This document shows, piece after piece, positions 49,385-51,545 of a DNA stretch of 51,545 bases (its first letter is position 1; the number at the start of each line of letters is the position of its first letter). The translations under genes and the position numbers were made by a program. The notes under the pieces were generated by a model. It did not search any database, was not told the DNA's origin, and worked only from the letters and a program-made list of their open reading frames with translations. The DNA is from Promethearchaeota archaeon (GTDB lineage Archaea; Asgardarchaeota; Lokiarchaeia; Sigyniarchaeales; SOKP01), in the NCBI GenBank assembly GCA_048938445.1, contig JBHLME010000013.1:1-51545 (forward strand). The letters are read 5' to 3'.

Positions 49385-50761
49385 ATGATGTCTGAACTTG
49401 ATTATTTTTTTCAACCAAAATCAATTGCCATAATTGGTGCATCTGATAATCTTAGGTTTGGGTATTCAACGACCATGTATCTCTTAAATTCAGAGTTTAA
49501 AACCTATGCTGTCAATCCAAAAAAAAAGGAGTTATTTGGGCAACCTACATATAACAATATCAAAGATATTCCTGATGAAATTGAATTAGCCTTAATACTC
49601 GTCAGGAATGAATTTGTTCTTGAAGCAGTAAAAGACTGCGTGGAAAAAAGAGTTAAAGGTATCATTATCGAATCTGCGGGTTTTGCTGAAACAGGTGTAG
49701 ATAAATATATCAAAATTCAAGAAGAAATTGTAAAATTGAGTAAGGAATCTAATGTGAGAATTATCGGACCAAACTGTGTGGGATTGACGAATTTCAATAA
49801 CCAATTCACTACAACAGAACCATCATTTGAAAGAATATTAAAAGGTGGTATATCAGTTATAGCACAATCAGGAGTGCTTGGAAATGTATTTCTCGATTGG
49901 GCATCAAGTCAGAAAATTGGATTTTCAAAGGTTATTACTCTCGGAAATAAAATTGATATCGATGAAGTTGACATGTTAGAATACTTGGATAAAGATCCAG
50001 ATACCAAAATAATTACTCTCTATCTTGAAGGTACAAAAAGGGGTAAGGAGCTATTTGCTACCCTAAAAAGCATGTCTAAACCGATTATCATATTAAAAAA
50101 TGGTAGAAGTGAATTAGGATCAAATGCTGTAAGGAGCCATACCGCTTCATTAGCAGGCAATGATCGTATATATGATGCTATCTTCCGTCAATCTCCTGGA
50201 ATTTTTCGAGTCAACAATTTCTATGAGATGTTTAACATAGCTCAAGTATTTTCAACACAACCATTACCGAAAGGAAAAAATATTGCGGTTATAACGGGTT
50301 CTGGTAGTTTAGGTATATTAGCTTGTGATCAAATTGAAAAATATGGAATGTCTCTAGCAAGATTAAGCGAAGAATCGATACAAAAAGTATCTTCTATCAT
50401 CCCTAATTGGGTTTCAATTAATGGAACAATTGATCTTGGTCCCTCTTTATTTCAAACTTTTCCAAATTCCATTGAAACTATAATTAAAGACGAAAATGTT
50501 GATTGCGTGCTCTTTATATACTCCGTTCCTCGATGGCCTTTAGAAAAACTTAAGTTACCTGTAAGTCCACTACTTAGACGCTTAAAAAAGAATGCTTCTA
50601 AAAATAATAAACCTTGTATAGTATGTGCTTTTGGTTCTCGATGGGTATATGATTATCTTTTAAAATCAACATCAATATTCGGTATTCCATTAATGCGCAG
50701 GATTAAGCATGCAATAAAGGCTTTTAAATTGATGTATGAGTATCAAAAAATTAAAAAGTAA
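49385..50761 (+). CDS. Acyl/acetate-CoA ligase (ADP-forming) alpha subunit
   Basis: FFQPKSIAIIGAS, SAGFAE, IIGPNCVG, IAQSG, GNKID, LYLEG and phospho-His motif SHTASLAG. Confidence 0.9.
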   Translation: MMSELDYFFQPKSIAIIGASDNLRFGYSTTMYLLNSEFKTYAVNPKKKELFGQPTYNNIKDIPDEIELALILVRNEFVLEAVKDCVEKRVKGIIIESAGFAETGVDKYIKIQEEIVKLSKESNVRIIGPNCVGLTNFNNQFTTTEPSFERILKGGISVIAQSGVLGNVFLDWASSQKIGFSKVITLGNKIDIDEVDMLEYLDKDPDTKIITLYLEGTKRGKELFATLKSMSKPIIILKNGRSELGSNAVRSHTASLAGNDRIYDAIFRQSPGIFRVNNFYEMFNIAQVFSTQPLPKGKNIAVITGSGSLGILACDQIEKYGMSLARLSEESIQKVSSIIPNWVSINGTIDLGPSLFQTFPNSIETIIKDENVDCVLFIYSVPRWPLEKLKLPVSPLLRRLKKNASKNNKPCIVCAFGSRWVYDYLLKSTSIFGIPLMRRIKHAIKAFKLMYEYQKIKK

Positions 50762-51022
50762 GAAATTTTCTTCCTAAATTCTTAGTGGTTTTCAATAGAC
50801 AATAAATTAAGTAATTTAATTCCATAGTTTCTAAAAAAAAGTATTTATACTCAATTTTTGTAGCAAAAATTAATTGAATAATTATATTTTGTTTATGTTG
50901 TTATTGCTTAACATTATTTATTTATATTCTGTTTAACCTTAGAAAAAAGCATTTAAAGAGGATCAAAACATTTAAATAGGTATGTTAAGTATACTTAACA
51001 TAGATAAAAATATTTAAATAAA

Positions 51023-51545
51023 ATGGTGATGAAAAAAAGAATGTTAAAAAGTAAAAAAAAAGTAAATGCACACCCCCTAAATGTTATTGATTTTGATTCT
51101 CCTAACTCCATAGAAGTTAGAGAACTTAAAAAATATTATAAAGGGAAAAAATACATTGAAGACATAAAAGCTGTTGATGGTATTTCATTTCAGGTAAAGC
51201 ATGGTGAAATTTTTGGGCTTTTAGGACCTAATGGTGCTGGAAAAACAACAATAATAAATATCTTATCCGGATTGATTACTCCTACGGATGGAAGCGCAAT
51301 TGTTGGGGGCTACGATGTTAAGAAAAACTTTAGCAAGGTTAAAGAATTAATAGGTGTCTGTCCACAAGAACCGACAGTTTTCAAATATCTTAAAGGAAGT
51401 GAAAATATCGAATATTTCGGGAAATTACATCTAATGAGCAAGGAACAAATAAAAGATCGATTGGAATCACTCTTAGAATTAGTAGGATTAAAAGCGATTA
51501 ATCGAAAAGCAAAGGGATATAGTGGTGGGATGCTAAGAAAATTAA
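51023..51545 (+). CDS. ABC transporter ATP-binding protein (ABC-2/DrrA-like), 3'-truncated
   Basis: AVDGISF, Walker A GPNGAGKTT, Q-loop VCPQE and signature YSGGM; runs off the window. The start could be 51023, 51029 or 51041. Confidence 0.9.
   Translation, partial: MVMKKRMLKSKKKVNAHPLNVIDFDSPNSIEVRELKKYYKGKKYIEDIKAVDGISFQVKHGEIFGLLGPNGAGKTTIINILSGLITPTDGSAIVGGYDVKKNFSKVKELIGVCPQEPTVFKYLKGSENIEYFGKLHLMSKEQIKDRLESLLELVGLKAINRKAKGYSGGMLRKL

Noticed and set aside
1-51545. CRISPR array, tRNA/rRNA, integrase or transposase
   Set aside because: No regularly spaced repeats, cloverleaf or rRNA-like GC-rich segments, or recombinase motifs were seen.

Overview
Very AT-rich archaeal chromosomal window that most resembles an Asgard archaeon of the Lokiarchaeia (Promethearchaeota). 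This is an inference from gene content: a longin-like protein, a polytopic membrane protein with a RING-like tail, SIR2-TPR, several orphan PAS histidine kinases and CxxC-type hypothetical families. The window holds about 45 genes. Metabolic genes are abfD, pyk, an ADP-forming acyl-CoA ligase alpha subunit and an aldo/keto reductase. DNA-related genes are RNase HI, Fpg/MutM, a UvrD/PcrA helicase and two orphan DNA methyltransferases. It also carries a queE-queD/queC preQ0 cluster, four divalent-cation transporters (P2A ATPase, ZIP, GDT1/TMEM165, CaCA), a stomatin-NfeD pair and many hypothetical genes. Reading by eye added elements absent from the ORF track: three small ORFs (two Zn-finger peptides and a ribbon-helix-helix protein with five helically phased GGAT repeats upstream), two probable CTG starts, and three pseudogene fragments. 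Two of those fragments bracket a 5.2 kb gene block. There is also a candidate ~130 nt structured RNA next to queC. I found no rRNA, tRNA, CRISPR array or transposase. All calls come from motif recognition by eye; no searches were run.
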